This document shows, piece by piece, positions 38,601 to 53,200 of a stretch of 64,000 nt of DNA. The DNA is taken from positions 7,085,615 to 7,149,614 of the forward strand of contig NC_068991.1 of the NCBI RefSeq assembly GCF_001194135.2. The letters are read 5' to 3'. A program made the position numbers and the translations under genes. The notes beneath the pieces are model-generated. The model had not been told where the DNA came from. It saw nothing but the letters and a program-made list of their open reading frames with translations, and did not search any database. Position 1 is the stretch's first letter. Every line of letters begins with the position of its first letter. Origin of the DNA: Octopus bimaculoides (taxonomy: Eukaryota).

Positions 38601-41600
38601 NNNNNNNNNNNNNNNNNNNNNNNNNNNNNNNNNNNNNNNNNNNNNNNNNNNNNNNNNNNNNNNNNNNNNNNNNNNNNNNNNNNNNNNTATAATGTATTGG
38701 TATGTTTATTTTTTTATATATTATTTTTTTAATATATTATTTTCTTCATTTTGTACTTCTTTGTAAAAAACATTTTCATTCTCCCTCTTCTTGAAAATTT
38801 GCTATGCAATGAAAGCCGGTTAGAAATCTTTATTAAAATATGCTTCCAGTTTAGCATTCTGCCTTATTATTATTTTTCATTTTCCTATATATATATATAT
38901 ATATATATAAATCATCATCATTATCATCGTCTAATGTCCGCTTACCATGCTGGCATAGGTTGGACGGTTTGACTGGGGACTAGTGAGCCAGATGGCTGCA
39001 CCAGGCTCCAATCTGATCATATATATATATATATATATATAGATAGATAGATGTTCTCAACTATCAGAAAGAGTGTTAAGAGAAAACATTAAACATTTCA
39101 AAACTGAAATTATCATACAGCTGATGTTGGTGTGTTTACGTTCCCCGGAACTTAGCGGTTCAGCAAAATAGAATAGAATAAGTACTAGGCTTACAAAGAA
39201 TAAGTCCTGAGGTTGATTTGTTCAACTAAAGGTGGTGCTTCAGCATGACCACAGTCAACTGACTGAAACAAGTAAAAGAATAAAGGAATAAAGATACTTT
39301 GGATTAAAGTTTAGGATCGGTTTTGGTAACGCACTACCTACCTCAGATGTCCAGTTGATACATTCCCCCAACTCTAATACTTTCAAGTTACGGAGTTCTC
39401 CTAAGTAATCAAAGTCGTGATCACTGGCTTTCAAAGATGTAATAGACTGTAAAGAAAAAAGAAAAAAAATATATATATAGGCGACTAATGTTTTGCGAGT
39501 TAATATGGTAGACAAAAACTGTCTGTCTATCTATCTTAGTTTGTCTCCTCCACCACTACTGCTCAACAACCGATGTTGGTTTGTTTACATCCTCATAACT
39601 CAGCAGTTAAGCATAAGAGACTGATAGAACAGTACCGGACTTGAAAAAATGAAATGTACTTGCTGGAGTCAATCTGTTCAACTAAAACAAGCCTCAATCT
39701 AAATCCATGAAATATAATAAAAAGTTAATATGAAATAAAAAAAAAAAAAAGAAATTTACTTACAAGATGCCGAAGTTGCTTTAATTTAATCAATTCAAAG
39801 ATCCCAGATGGGAAAGAAGCAACTAAACCTCCCGTGCCACGTAGCTGTAGTTTCTTCAACATTTTTACATTACAAAATTTGGTCAAATCAATCTTGGTTG
39901 GTGTTGTCCTATCAAATGGAATGATACCAGAAGAGATTGCTCAATAGAATTATGTATTAACTAAACGAATAAAAAATTTCAATATATTACTGTTATTAAT
40001 GAATGTCATAATAAAATTCAGATATCAAATTCCTAATCGACTGGTCCCCTCCCCAAAAATTTTGGGCCTTGTGCCTAGAGTAGAAAAGAATATTTTCCCT
40101 TACACTTGCTACACCACAAATATAGCATAGATAGCATCATGTTCTAGAATCCAATTTATTATATTAATCGTTTTTTTTCAAGTAGTTTAATGACCATATT
40201 TGGTTAACAAACATCAGAACTTTGCCTGGAGTCACTCATATATTTCAAGCAGTTAATGATAATAGTTAGTAAAAGCATATAGGCTAGTGATTAGAGATGC
40301 ACTGAAGATCATAAGGTTGTGGTTTCAATTCCTGGCCTGGGCAGTGCATGGTATCCACAAGCAAAATACTTCATTTTGCATTGTTTCAGTTCACACAGAA
40401 GTAAATGAGTCCCAGTATTAACCAGGAAGTTAACCCTGCAACAGACCAGCATCCCCTTCCAGGGGAGTGTTGTAACCTCATACACCATAGAAACCGGGTT
40501 AAGCTCCAGTCTTAAGAGTCCTAGGGATCATGAGAGAATTAAGACCAAGTAACGAGGGTATTGAAGCAGCAGCCCTCATGGATAATGTCTTCCTATCCCA
40601 TATAAGCTTATTAACTAAAAGAGTAACCAGTACTTGTCTAAGTTAATTTGATGATCTCGTTAATTAAGAATAACCAGTGAGGCATCCTATCACCTTCTTC
40701 GGTTAAAATGAACAGGAAAAAAAAGATGTGGATTCAGCTAAAATCATTAATGGAGTAATAGAAATTTCAATTTGTTGTTATGAAATTATTTGTCATGTGT
40801 AGTATTGTTTTGGATAATCATGTGACAATACAAGTAATGCAAAAAGACTGAAAATAGTGAATTAGTGAATTTACAAGAAATAGCACAAAATAACATGTAC
40901 CATTGTTGTTCATTGCTGATATCACTTATTCTTTTAGCAGTCAACTCTTGCAAATTGGGGAGCTTCTCACAGACTGTATACAACATAAGAGCAGGTACTT
41001 GATCAAAGTAGATTCGTTTTAGTGTTGTCAGTTGATCTAGAACAGGAGTTAGTTGGTGCCAAATGCGATTCCAATCATCTCCTAACTTCATTCCTCGTAG
41101 ACTCTACAACAGTAGAACAGAAATTTATAATGCCACTTCACATTTCTAAAAGTAAGACAACGTTCTTAAAAGTAACACAAAACAAAATTTAAAGTATTTT
41201 ATTTTATTAGTTGTAACCCATTCGTTACCATACTTCAGTTGAAATACACAGTCTTGGCTTAAATTAATTTTGAAAATGAAGAATTATTCAAATATATGTC
41301 ATAATTAAACTGGTGTTTCAAACATAAATCAAGAAGAAATTCTGATAGGTTCTAATTTAGATTACTTTAAAACGGAATTTGTATCACAAAAATAGGAGCA
41401 GTTTCTGGTGGGTTAGTCTAAAAAAAGGTTAAATATAAACTACGAGTAAGTTTTGACACTTACTAATTCTTCAACAGTATATTTGTTAAAATATTTTGTA
41501 GCCAAAGTCCAATTAGAAATTCTTGTATTATTCAAATGAATGGCTTTCCACTGAAATAAAAATAACAAGGATCAGCAATGTGAGTATACATGTGAATGAG

Positions 41601-42465
41601 AGCATGCATAGATACACAGAACAAAAATAGCAAATCATGGTAGCCACAAATTTCAAGAGGTCATTAGGACAAAAATCGAAGTGAAGGAAAATATTAGGCA
41701 TTAACAAATTAAGTGATTAATATTATTTCTAGCTTAGGAAACAAAGCATTGTTCCTTCCAATATTACCACCATCATTTTAACGTCCACTTTTACATGTTT
41801 GCCAAAGAGGCATATTTTCTATGGTTGGATAGCCTTGCTGACACCAACCTTCACCTGTTCCCATGCAAGGTGATATTTCCCCATGGCCAGAAATTTTTTC
41901 ACAGGACATTGGAAATAAATGACTCTGCTTGCATGACAGTGGTACTCATTTACAGCTATCATGTAATGTCAAAACAAGAAGGCACAAACACGCTCACTCT
42001 CTCTCACACACACACTGGGCTTCTTTCAGCTTCCATCTTCCAATCACGAAACTTTGGTTGACCCAAAGCTATAGAAGACATTTGCATAAAGAGCCATACA
42101 GTGGGAAAGAACCCAAAACTGTCTGGTTGAGAAGCAAACTTTGAAACTACACAGCCACAACTGTGCCTATCTACATCATCACTATCATCATTTAACATTC
42201 ATTTCCCATGCTTACATGGGTTGAATGGGCTGAGAGCTGCACTAGGCTCCATTGTTTAGTTTGGCATGGTTTATATTCTTTTATCTGCTTCAGTCAATTT
42301 GACTGTGGCCATGCTGGAGTACTGCCTTTAGTCGAACAAACTGACCCCAGGACTTATTCTTAGTATACCTGATACTTATTCTATTGGTCGCCTTTTGTTA
42401 CAGGGACATAAACACACCAACATTAGTTGTCAAATGATGGTGGGGGAACAAATACAGACATACAA

Positions 42466-42498
<33 letters not shown>

Positions 42499-44203
42499 GA
42501 AAGATAGATAGATAGATAGAAAAGGTAAGACAATAAAAGAAAGTGACCTCGATATTATGTAAATAGAGGAATTTATCTGTAAATAATATGTGACAATTAT
42601 TCAGTAGCCATGATAAAACTCCGAGTTTCAGATACCGGCGCGGAAACCCACGCCGCCATCTCTTCAGTTATCTGGCCATTGAAGAATGCTATGAAAATGA
42701 CTGTTAAACAAAGGGACGTCATATATATGACGGACTTCTTTCAGTTTCCGTCTACCAAATCCACTCACAAGGCTTTCATCAGCCTGAGGCTATAGTAGAA
42801 GACACTTGTGCCAGCTTAAATTAGAATATGGTGTATTACTATATAAATATCAACTCCAAATACTAAATTAGTACTTTAATAATTTATTTCAAAATATACA
42901 GTTAAGTATGAATGAATAATTTATTAAACTTACCAGAGAAGGCTGAGTCGCAAGTTGGTGCCATGATTTACATACCAATGAGCATCTGTTGGAAAGAATA
43001 AGGAAGTAAAGGCTATTTAAATCAAGGAAACTAGATCCAATAACATTTACATAACCTTAGAAAAAACATCCATCCGTCCGTCCGTCCGAACATTGTAAAA
43101 TCCAGTGATTCCTTATCGTCTGAACCTTCACAATCTTATCATATAAAAGACTTGCAATCTACTTCAGACATCCCAGATAGCGCCTTCACTATATATATAT
43201 ATATGCAACGGGCTTCTTTCAGTTTCCGTCCACTAAATCCACTCACAAGGCTTTGGTCGGCCTGAGGCTCTAGTAGAAGACACTTGCCCAAGGTACCATG
43301 CAGTGGGACTGAACCCAGAACCATGTGGTTGGTAAGCAAGCTACTTACCACACAGCTACTCCTGCGCATATATTCATTTACAACTATCCTCTGATGTCAA
43401 AGCAAGGAGTTACACACACACACACACACACACACGACAGGCTTCTTTCAGTCACAGGAATATAAATATTTATGACAACTCTTATAAAACCACTCTAAAA
43501 GTGAAGAAAAGATTGCATTTTTTTAATTTGAAATTTTATTTTACATCATTATCATCATCGTTTAACATCCGCCTTCCATGCTAGCATGGGTTGGACGATT
43601 TGACTGAGGACTGGCGAACCAGATGGCTACACCAGGATCCAATCTGATTTGGCAGAGTTTCTACAGCTGGATACCCTTCCTAACGCCAACCACTCCTAGA
43701 GTGTAGTGGGTGCTTTTATGTGCCACTGGCATGAAGGCCAGTCAGACAGTACTGGCAATGGCCACACTCAAAATGGTGTATTTTACGTGCCACCTGCACA
43801 GGAGCCAGTCCAGCGGCACTGGCAACAATCTAGTTTGAATGTTTTTTCACGTGCCAGTAAGGCGATGCTGGTAACGATCACGCTCAAATGGTGCTATTTA
43901 CGTGCCACTGGCAAGGAAGCCAGACAGCTGCTCTGGCAATGATTACGCTCAGACGGTGCTCTTAGCACTGGGATTTTTATGATTTGAACATCCGGCATTT
44001 AGAATCTGGCAATTCATTATACACCAGTTAAGTTGAACAATGCAATAGATATGGTTTATACTATTCAGAATATGGTAATAAAAAAAAAATCAATAACATT
44101 AGTTCTTATGTATCATGTGCATCTACAAATCTTTGTTTCTTTGGAGATTATATGTATGCATATAATATGTAGTTGTGTGTGTGTGTTTGTGTATATATAT
44201 GTA

Positions 44204-44271
<68 letters not shown>

Positions 44272-47200
44272 GATGTGTTTGTTTTTGTGACATATATAAA
44301 AACAATTTCACATTAAACTGAAGAACTACTCAATATTTTTTAGTAGAGAACATGTTTATTAAATTTCTACAAGAAGTGGGTGAATAGTGACTTCGAAGTT
44401 TTGGCTTGTTAGTCTTCTTCACCCCTCTTCTCTCACATACACACAACTGTTTCAATAAAATGTCTCGTGTTTAAAACATTTCAGAATAAATTTATTCAGA
44501 AACTCACCTGACAAGATCTCCTGCACTTAAATAGTGAAATATCTGCAGCATACTAGAGTAGCCAGAATATAATTTTTTGAAAGGACACAGGTAGTTGTTG
44601 AATTTGTTTCTGCATTTTTGAATTTTGCTGATTGTTTTTGCAGATTCCAAGGTTTTACTTTTATCTACAGCTTGATTGCTTTCGCTTCCTTTGTTCTTCT
44701 CCGAGAGAGACACAGAGTAATCTTTGGTACTATCACCAGACACAGTACCCGATGAAAAGGTTATATTCATTGTGGTTGTGGAGCCACTAGGTACAGAAAA
44801 TGTCTTGGGGGGCAGAAAAACCTTTAACCCTTCAGGGGTGTTTATGCAACGAGATGGGGGGATAAAGAGTTGCATGTTATTAATGCGTAATGCAAGAGGA
44901 AGGGAGGAATCTAAACGCTTTGCTACTGCTAATGGTAATGTAAGAAGCTGGCCCGAGCGTGGGTAATTGTCTTTGCCAGCTTCACTATCACTGACATTAC
45001 TAGAACTACTCGGAGATGAAGATGGAACTTCCAGTTTAATGTTGGCTGATGATATATTAGGTTGTGAGTGAGTGGAAGTAAGGGATTTAGGGGATGAAAC
45101 ATTTACAGGACAATCAGATGGTGATGATGATGATGAGGTAGTAACATTCAAGTCTTTTGTGGTTTGAATGAGTGTATTGAGAGAAGCACTTGTAGAGGGA
45201 GTGTTTGTAACTGTGAAAGTGTTGGGTGCTGTAGTTTCAGAAATACTGCTGGTGTCTTTCAACACTGAAGAAGGAACTGGATGAGGTAAAGGTGGTGAAG
45301 AGTGAGACAGAGTCTTTGATGCGTTTAATGAGTTATTAGATTTATTTGATTTCAAACGAGGACTTACGGACGCTTGCAATGTATTGAGTGAAGCTTGGAT
45401 TTGAGACTTGCAATCTGGGATGTCTGAAGTAGATTGCAAGTCTTTTATATGATAAGATTGTGAAGGGTCAGACGATAAGGAATCGCTGGATTTTACAATG
45501 TTCATGACAACATATCTAGGGGATCCATTTGAAGCACTTTTTAACAGTTGAGAATCAGATTTGGATGCTTGAGATAAAAAGTTTGTATCTTTAGAAATCT
45601 GAATCACAGATGGCATGGTAGATTTTCTTCCCTTTTCATTATTCCATGAAGAATGATGTGTCTTGGATGTTCTATTACCAGACAAACTATTAGATGCAGT
45701 GGTCTCAACTGGGGGAATCCAATCACCAAGATCCATTTCACAGTTCTGAAATTAATCAAAATTAGAGGTAATAATTAATCTAATCATCTAACAAAGAGTA
45801 TAATTCAAAGTCAATTTAGTTTTAAGAAACAAAAAACATATTTGTAAATGGAAAGAAGAGAAGATTTGTCTGTCTTGTGTATCGCATGACACACACGACT
45901 TACTTGTCCGGTGTCAATGTATCATATCATACACATTCCCAATTTTAAAAAAAAATACCACAGTAATTTGGGACTTATGAAACGAAAACTTTATATTACT
46001 CAGAAAGTATGAAACACGCATGCACACATGTATATCATGATTCATACACTGTTCACTTGACTTTTGTACATAATTCTATGTACAAAGGGCATCCAGCTGT
46101 AGAAACTCTGCCAAATCAGATTGGAGCCTGGTGTAGCCATCTGGTTCACCAGTCCTCAGTCAAATTGTCCAACCCATGCTAGCATGGCAAGCGGACGTTA
46201 AACGATGATGATGATGTACATGAACCTTTGATGAGCTGTAGTGCACCTGAGCACCAGACACAGTAATTTCATTATTATTATTATTATAAGGATTAACTAA
46301 AAGTCTGAAAACCAGACATTTAGGACAAACTTATGAAAGTGTTTTCGACTGGCAACGGGTTAATAATAAGATTGATATAATTTTAAAAGTGCTTACTTTG
46401 CATTTGAAATTTTGGGGAACATCATCTTCTTTCAGGTTTACACATGAATTATGAAATAGACACATGCATATATCACAATGCAGTTGAGGAGGAATGCCTG
46501 TAAGGCCTGGACAGTTGAGGGAACATGGTTGAAAAGCATTTCTTTTGTTCATATTAACTCTGCAATAAATATAAATTGAAACATTTAACAAATTGTGATT
46601 TACAGTGGTCACAACAGATTGAACATACAATGAAGCAAGCTGCTGAGATTGTTTTTGGTTTAGCCATTTAAGTAGATTTAGAAAAGCACTGAAATCTAAA
46701 TTAATATTTGTGAAAAAAATATCATTCAATGCAAATTATTGAAAACTCTTTGTTTCAATCACTGGGCTGTGGCCATGCTGGAGCACCACTTGGAAAGGTT
46801 TCACTCCAAGAAATCAACCCCACACTTATTTTTGAGTTTGGTACTTATTCTATTCTATTGGCCAATTTTGCTGAACTATTTAAATTACGGGAATGTAAAC
46901 AAACCAACACTGGTTGCCAAGTGGTAGGGGGAGAGACAGACAGACAAAGGCACATACATATATATATATATGATGGGCTTTTACAGTTTCCAACTACTGA
47001 ATTTACTCACAAGGTATGTGCTGGCATGGGGCTATAGTAGAAGACACTTGCCCAAGGTGATGTGCAGTGGGACTAAACCCAGAATCATGTGGTTACAAAG
47101 CAAGCATCTTAACCACACAGTCATGCCTGCACCTTTACATGAATTCTAAACTACAAATAGAGAAAGAATTTAAGAGTTGTGAAGAAATTGTTGGAAAAAC

Positions 47201-50200
47201 TACAGGAAATAAATAAAAATACTTACAACATTGATTTAGAAATTAGAGTTGTACTTTTCCGAGCAACAGATTTTATTCGCTTTGGAGTTACCTCACTGGA
47301 ATTACTATTCTCCGCTTGACGTTTTGCAGGACTTGATTTGGATTTCAATTTGGAGAATTTGTTGTTTGTTTTACCACCTGACAGTGACAATTTCTTGTAC
47401 GGAGGACGTTCTATAAGCTGCACATCTGAATCGTCTTCAATAGTCATGGAATCATTACTTCCATAAGATTCTTTTCGAATTTTCTTACTAGTTTTCTTAT
47501 CAAATAAAAATTCACCGTCTGGGTTTCTGTGCCGGACTCCGTGGCTGCCAGCAGTACGCACCATCTCAAACGGCGGTTTATAAATAGATCGGCGGAGAAA
47601 GTTGAAGTTTTCAACTGTCAAGTTAGTGTCTTTTCCTTCTACTGAAAAATAAAAAGATAAATCAGCTAAATAGAAAAAACAAAACAAAAAAAAACAATAA
47701 AGAAACACAAAAATAAACTATATGAAATATTCATTATAACAAACTTTACAAAGTGTCCATTAATATATACTTCACAAATGACTAGAAACCCATAAGTCTA
47801 TTCCTTGGTAGGAATTTGTATCCTATGAAACTAATTAATAGATTCATGTTGAAAGCAATGAAGACAAGGAGAAAGAATCTTAATTAGAAAGAGACAATGA
47901 CTTGCATATTTATTTCAAAATAGTATTCTGGATAATATATTCAAAATGGATATACTGAAGAAAGTCACATAACTGCAGCATTTGTCTCGAGAAAGCTTCC
48001 CAAATAGACAAATAATGCTAAAAAATACAGAGGAATACCAGTAGTAGACAAAAATCATCCAGCAATGGAATTGCTAAATCCAATTTTCATCTGCTACTGA
48101 TATTCTTCTATGTATTTTAGCACTATACGTCTATACAAGATGCTTTCTTAAGATGAATAAAAAAGAACTTAAATGGTACTTACAGTAATTAACAATTTGT
48201 ACCATTGATCGCTAAAAAAAATATAAAAAAATGTTTAAAACAATTATTTAGAATATATTAAATATACAACTATATGCACACACACACACACACACATACA
48301 AAAATAACTCATTCACAGAAAACAAGCATGTTTGCTCACTCAATATCACTCAACACACAAACAGCGTTCTCTTTAACACATTATCACTGGCAATGAAAAA
48401 CGGTGCCTTTAAGTCAATATGAAGCAGCGAAAAGAATGGCTCAGCCCTGACAAACAAGCGACTCTGTGAGCAAAACAAGACCATCATCCTTGAAAGACCA
48501 TGTTGTGTGTATGGTGGGACTGGGAAGGCATAATTCTTTACGAACTGCTTGAGCACAACCCAAACACTCAATGTGGAGCTCTACGTTCAACATCAATGAA
48601 GCATTTCAGCAAAAAAAGACTGAATAGGTGAAATGGCATTCATCTGCAACACGACAATGCCTCTCCTCACATCGCCAATATAACCAAAGCCACGATTCAA
48701 AAACTTGAATGGGAAGTGCTGCCTCATCCTCCATACTCAAAATTGTCAGATTTTCATCTCTTTTGACCACATTTGAATGCTTTGTGCAGTGTATTGTTCA
48801 ATAATGATGTGGAATTAAGGGCTTGGTTGGACGAATGCTTTGAGTCAAGACCAGATTTCTATTGTCAGGGCATTGTAAAACTTATTGAACAATGGGAGGA
48901 AATCGTAAACAACAATGGAGAGTATATTACTGATTAATCTGTTGCAGTTTTTTTGTTTAAAATAAATTTCAAAAACATGCTCATGAATTATTCCTCAACC
49001 CAATATGAATGTGTGTGTGTGTGTCCTTGTGTCTGTGTTTGTTCCCTAACCATTGCTTGACAACCATTTATGTCCCTGTAACTTAGCAGTTCGGCAAAAG
49101 AAACCGATAGAATAAGTACCAGGCTTACAAAGAATAAGTCCTGGGGTCGATTTCTTCAACTAAAAGGCCGTTTAAGGCAGTGCTTCAGCATGGCCACAGT
49201 CAAATGACTGAAGTAAAAGATTAAAAGAAAAAACACCAATTACTATTACTGACAAATTGGTGATAAAACATAGGAAAGAGATGAACTAATAAATTCATTA
49301 CCAGTTTCTTGTTATCGGGAGTATAATAGTAAATATCTGCTGGTGCTGTCTTTGGTTTGCCTGACTTGGTGAATTCTTTATACACTGAACGAATAACAAC
49401 TTCTCTTCTCCAGCCTAGGAGGAAAAAAAAAATCAGAAAAATAAGGAAACTGTGAATTCACACATGACAGAAAAATCATTTGTAAAAGGGCGTGGCCCAG
49501 TCAGTAAGGGGTTACACTCACAATCATAGGATCGCGGTTTCGATTCCTGGACCTGGCAGTGCATTGTGTTTTAAGAGCAAAACACTTCATTTCATGTTGC
49601 TTCAACTCATTCAGCTGTAAATGAGTAACCCTGCGATGGTCTGGCATCCCATCCAGGGGGATGATGTGATCTCGATCACTTATACACCACAAGAACCTGG
49701 TCACCAGCCCCTAAGAGTCCTAGGACTCAAGACAATGTCAGGAGGAGGAGGAGGGGCTGTTGTTGATGATGATGATGATCATGATGAAAAATCATTCAAA
49801 CTCCTACAATTAGCATATAATTCTTTCTTTAGTCACCTCCAACAGTTATAGAAAGAAAAGGACAGATTGGGTGGCATGGTCCTGGTTGGATTGTGCCTGA
49901 ACAAAAGGACTAGAGAGTTATGGCTAGAATGCTTTTAATGATGGAACTAAACAAGTCATGTATAGAATGGTACAATATACAAATCTATAGAATAAACATG
50001 TCAAAATTTTACCTTGTTCAAAAGGTGCATATATTTTCTCTGCGTCAGCTTCTTTATATTTCTTTGAAGCTAAAATACAAAAAAGTAAATAAATAAATAT
50101 TATGATAGGAGCAGGAGTGGCTGTGTGGTAAGAAGCTTGCTTCCCAACCACATGGTTCTGGGTCAAATCACCAATTTGGTGGGTCATAAATTTAATCAGC

Positions 50201-53200
50201 AAAGCAACCATTAATACTGGTTTGAAATTTTGGCAGAAGGCCAGCAATTTCGGGGGAGGGAGTAAATCAAATACATTGACCCCAGTACTCAACTGGTACT
50301 TATTTTGTTGACCCTGAAAGGATAAAAGGCAAAGCTGACCTTGGTGGAATTCAAACTCAGAATGTAAAGACAGACAAAATGCTGCTAAGCATTTTGCCCT
50401 GCAAGTTAATGATTCTGCCAGCTTGACCATCTCCTTAACCCTTTCGTTACTGTATTTATTTTGAGATGCTGTGTGTTTCAATTAATTTTAAATATAACAA
50501 AAAATTCAGTAAAATAACTTAGTCATCATTAAGCTGGTGTTAGGAACACAAATTGTGACTAAGGTTTGGTGGAAAATTTTAATTCAAAACTTATGAAAAC
50601 AAAACATTTGTATTCAGAGCCAGAGCTGGATTCAGCTGGGTTGATAACGAAAGGGTTAATATCACCTCACATTAAAAAAAATATATTCTTACCTGTGGGT
50701 GACGTTTGCACAAATGATGCTGAAATGTTTGATGCCAGCATTAATGTTTCTTCGTTACCAATATCTTCAGAAGAATCTGCATTTGAAATTCGTTTACTCA
50801 ATGTTTTAGCTGGTTTGTTTTGTATGTCTACATCTGGACCTAAACCAATGAGATCAAGAACATTGAACTTAACTTTTGGTTGTCTTTGAGATCGCCTTGG
50901 TTCAGCCAAAGTATAATTGACAGCACCAATGGGAGAATTCCAGTTAGTTTGTGCTACACTGGAGGACTCTTGTTTATCATCAGTATTACTATTTTTACTT
51001 TCAACACTTGTGGTTTTATTATCAGATTCCTCGCTTGGTAAGGGCGAAGAAGTGTCGGTGATTGCGGTAATGTTTTCAGCAGTTAATTCTCGCTTGATTT
51101 GTCCATGTTCTTCATTATTTTCAACTGGGCGACTTGTTTCCATATCAACTTCCATCATACACTCATCAGTCTTCTCTGCTGGTTCTGATGTCCCATCATT
51201 AACCACATTTACTGAAGAACCATCAGAAGTTTCAACTTTTATGTTTTCTTTTATTAAAATAATCTGTGACTGAACCATATCGTTATCATCATCGTTTGTT
51301 TGTTGATCTAGATTTGTCATTGTAGAACTGCAAGTGTTACTTTCTGTATTATTTGGATGTGTTTTCGCAGTTGTTTTCTGATCAACAGAATTACTTGAGC
51401 TAACAGCATTCACTGGGCTATTTACATTATCTACAGAGAAGTGTTTATCCGTATTCTGATCATTCCCATCATTTTGGTCACTGGTAGAAATTCCTTGGTT
51501 TTTATCAGATTCAAGCAAACTATTCGAAGCACTCGCACTGACTGTTGTATTTTGAACTGCTTCATAACGCTTGTCAGACGCAGATGAGTTCTGGCAGTCA
51601 ACATCAGGAGATGCATTGCCAGCATCAGTACTGCTACTCAACAACAAATTATTTTTAGATTCATTATTAATTTTTCTGGGTTCAATATTATTGTTTAATT
51701 CAGCAGGTGAATGACGAATGTGTTGAGAAGTGACATTTTCTTCAGCATGGGTAACATTAGTATCCAAACATGCTGCTTCAGAAGTTGAAGGAAATGAGTC
51801 TTGAGCGTTATTTGGTGTAAGCTCAAGTGCAGATTTGTTAGAATCAAGTTTAGGATTAGAAAGACCAACACCTAAATCATTGTCTATTGAAGCCATTTTA
51901 TCATAAGCTGCTGGGGTGGATTGACCAGTAGATGATGACAAAGAGACCGTTGCAGTTGATGCAGTGGTGTCTTCCTCACATATTGAACTTTCTTCAATTA
52001 TCTTGCTTCCAGATGAAGAAGATACATTTCCAGCAGAAACTGTTGTTATTGTAGCATTAGATGTCTTCTCATCTCTTGATGTTGAAGTCTCATTGCAACC
52101 GGATGGGAAAAGTGAGTTGGTTTCATGAGTTATTACAAATGGTTGTCCAGATGCAGATGTAACATTTTCATTCAATAAGGAAGTGACTTTAGAGTCTGGT
52201 TCTGATGCTTTTCCTACACCTGAAGATGACTCTGCCATTTTAATTGGCGTTGATATTACTGTTTCACTTGTTGCAGGTACAGTAGCAGTATCCTGAGAAA
52301 TAGATTCTACGTTGGTGGTAGATGGTGAATTTACATGAGCAGTAAAAGAAAACGAGAGAGTGTTATCCCCAGCTAAAGCAGTGTCCTTCTCTCCTGACGT
52401 AGACCCAACCATGGCTCTTTCTACTGACAATGTTCTGTTACTGTCTGATGTCAAATCATGTGACTGAGCTGGGGCAACATTTGATTTGGATAACATGGCA
52501 TCTTTATTACAAGACAAAATTGAATTACTAGATTCAAGAATGGTGTCTTTTCTTTCGGAAATAGATTTACTATCACTGGGGCATAAATTATCATGAGATG
52601 TTCCTCCAGAACTGCTTGTACTATAGACTGAGCTGCTTGTTGGTATCACTGTAGATTCTTTGCTGCTCAGCTCTGCAATGAGTTCATTATGAGTAGATGC
52701 AGAAGTAGTGTGCAAAGAGTCTGAATTTGAAGATTCTTTGAAAAAACTGCTTTCGATAGCTGCATCACTTTGTTCTGGCTTCAGGTTATTGAAGTTGGAC
52801 ATTACAGAACTACTGGATACAGAAGGTATCTCTAGAGATTCTGGATTAATGGTTAAACTTGTAAGATTCTGTCTTGCATTATTATTATTAGTATGGTTAT
52901 TTGATACGTATACACTGGATGGAGAAAGAGTAGTAGCGGGGAAGGTTGAAACAGAAGTAGCTTGAAAGGGTTTGGAGGATGAACTGGATAAATCCTTATG
53001 CTGCTGTAAAGTATTTTGTGAATTAACACCATTTCCATCTGAAGGAATGGTCGATACAGGACTCTTTAGTTTATTCGTGCCATTATCTGAAGCTGGATTA
53101 ATTGAACTCAATATGGGAGGTTGAGCCACTGGATGAACCTGAGGGGGACAGTAAGCACTAGAAGTAGGAACAGCTTCAGAAGTCCTTTGAATTATCAAAT

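Noticed and set aside
49494-49560. tRNA-like A and B boxes (also near 4310, 16780, 40290)
   Set aside because: Each continues into a multi-copy SINE body and lacks a full cloverleaf; these are tRNA-derived SINE heads, not tRNA genes.
50917-53038. Plus-strand and alternate-frame ORFs overlapping the giant exon (also 44724-44966)
   Set aside because: Antisense or alternate-frame shadows of a long low-complexity coding exon; no motifs or splice support.
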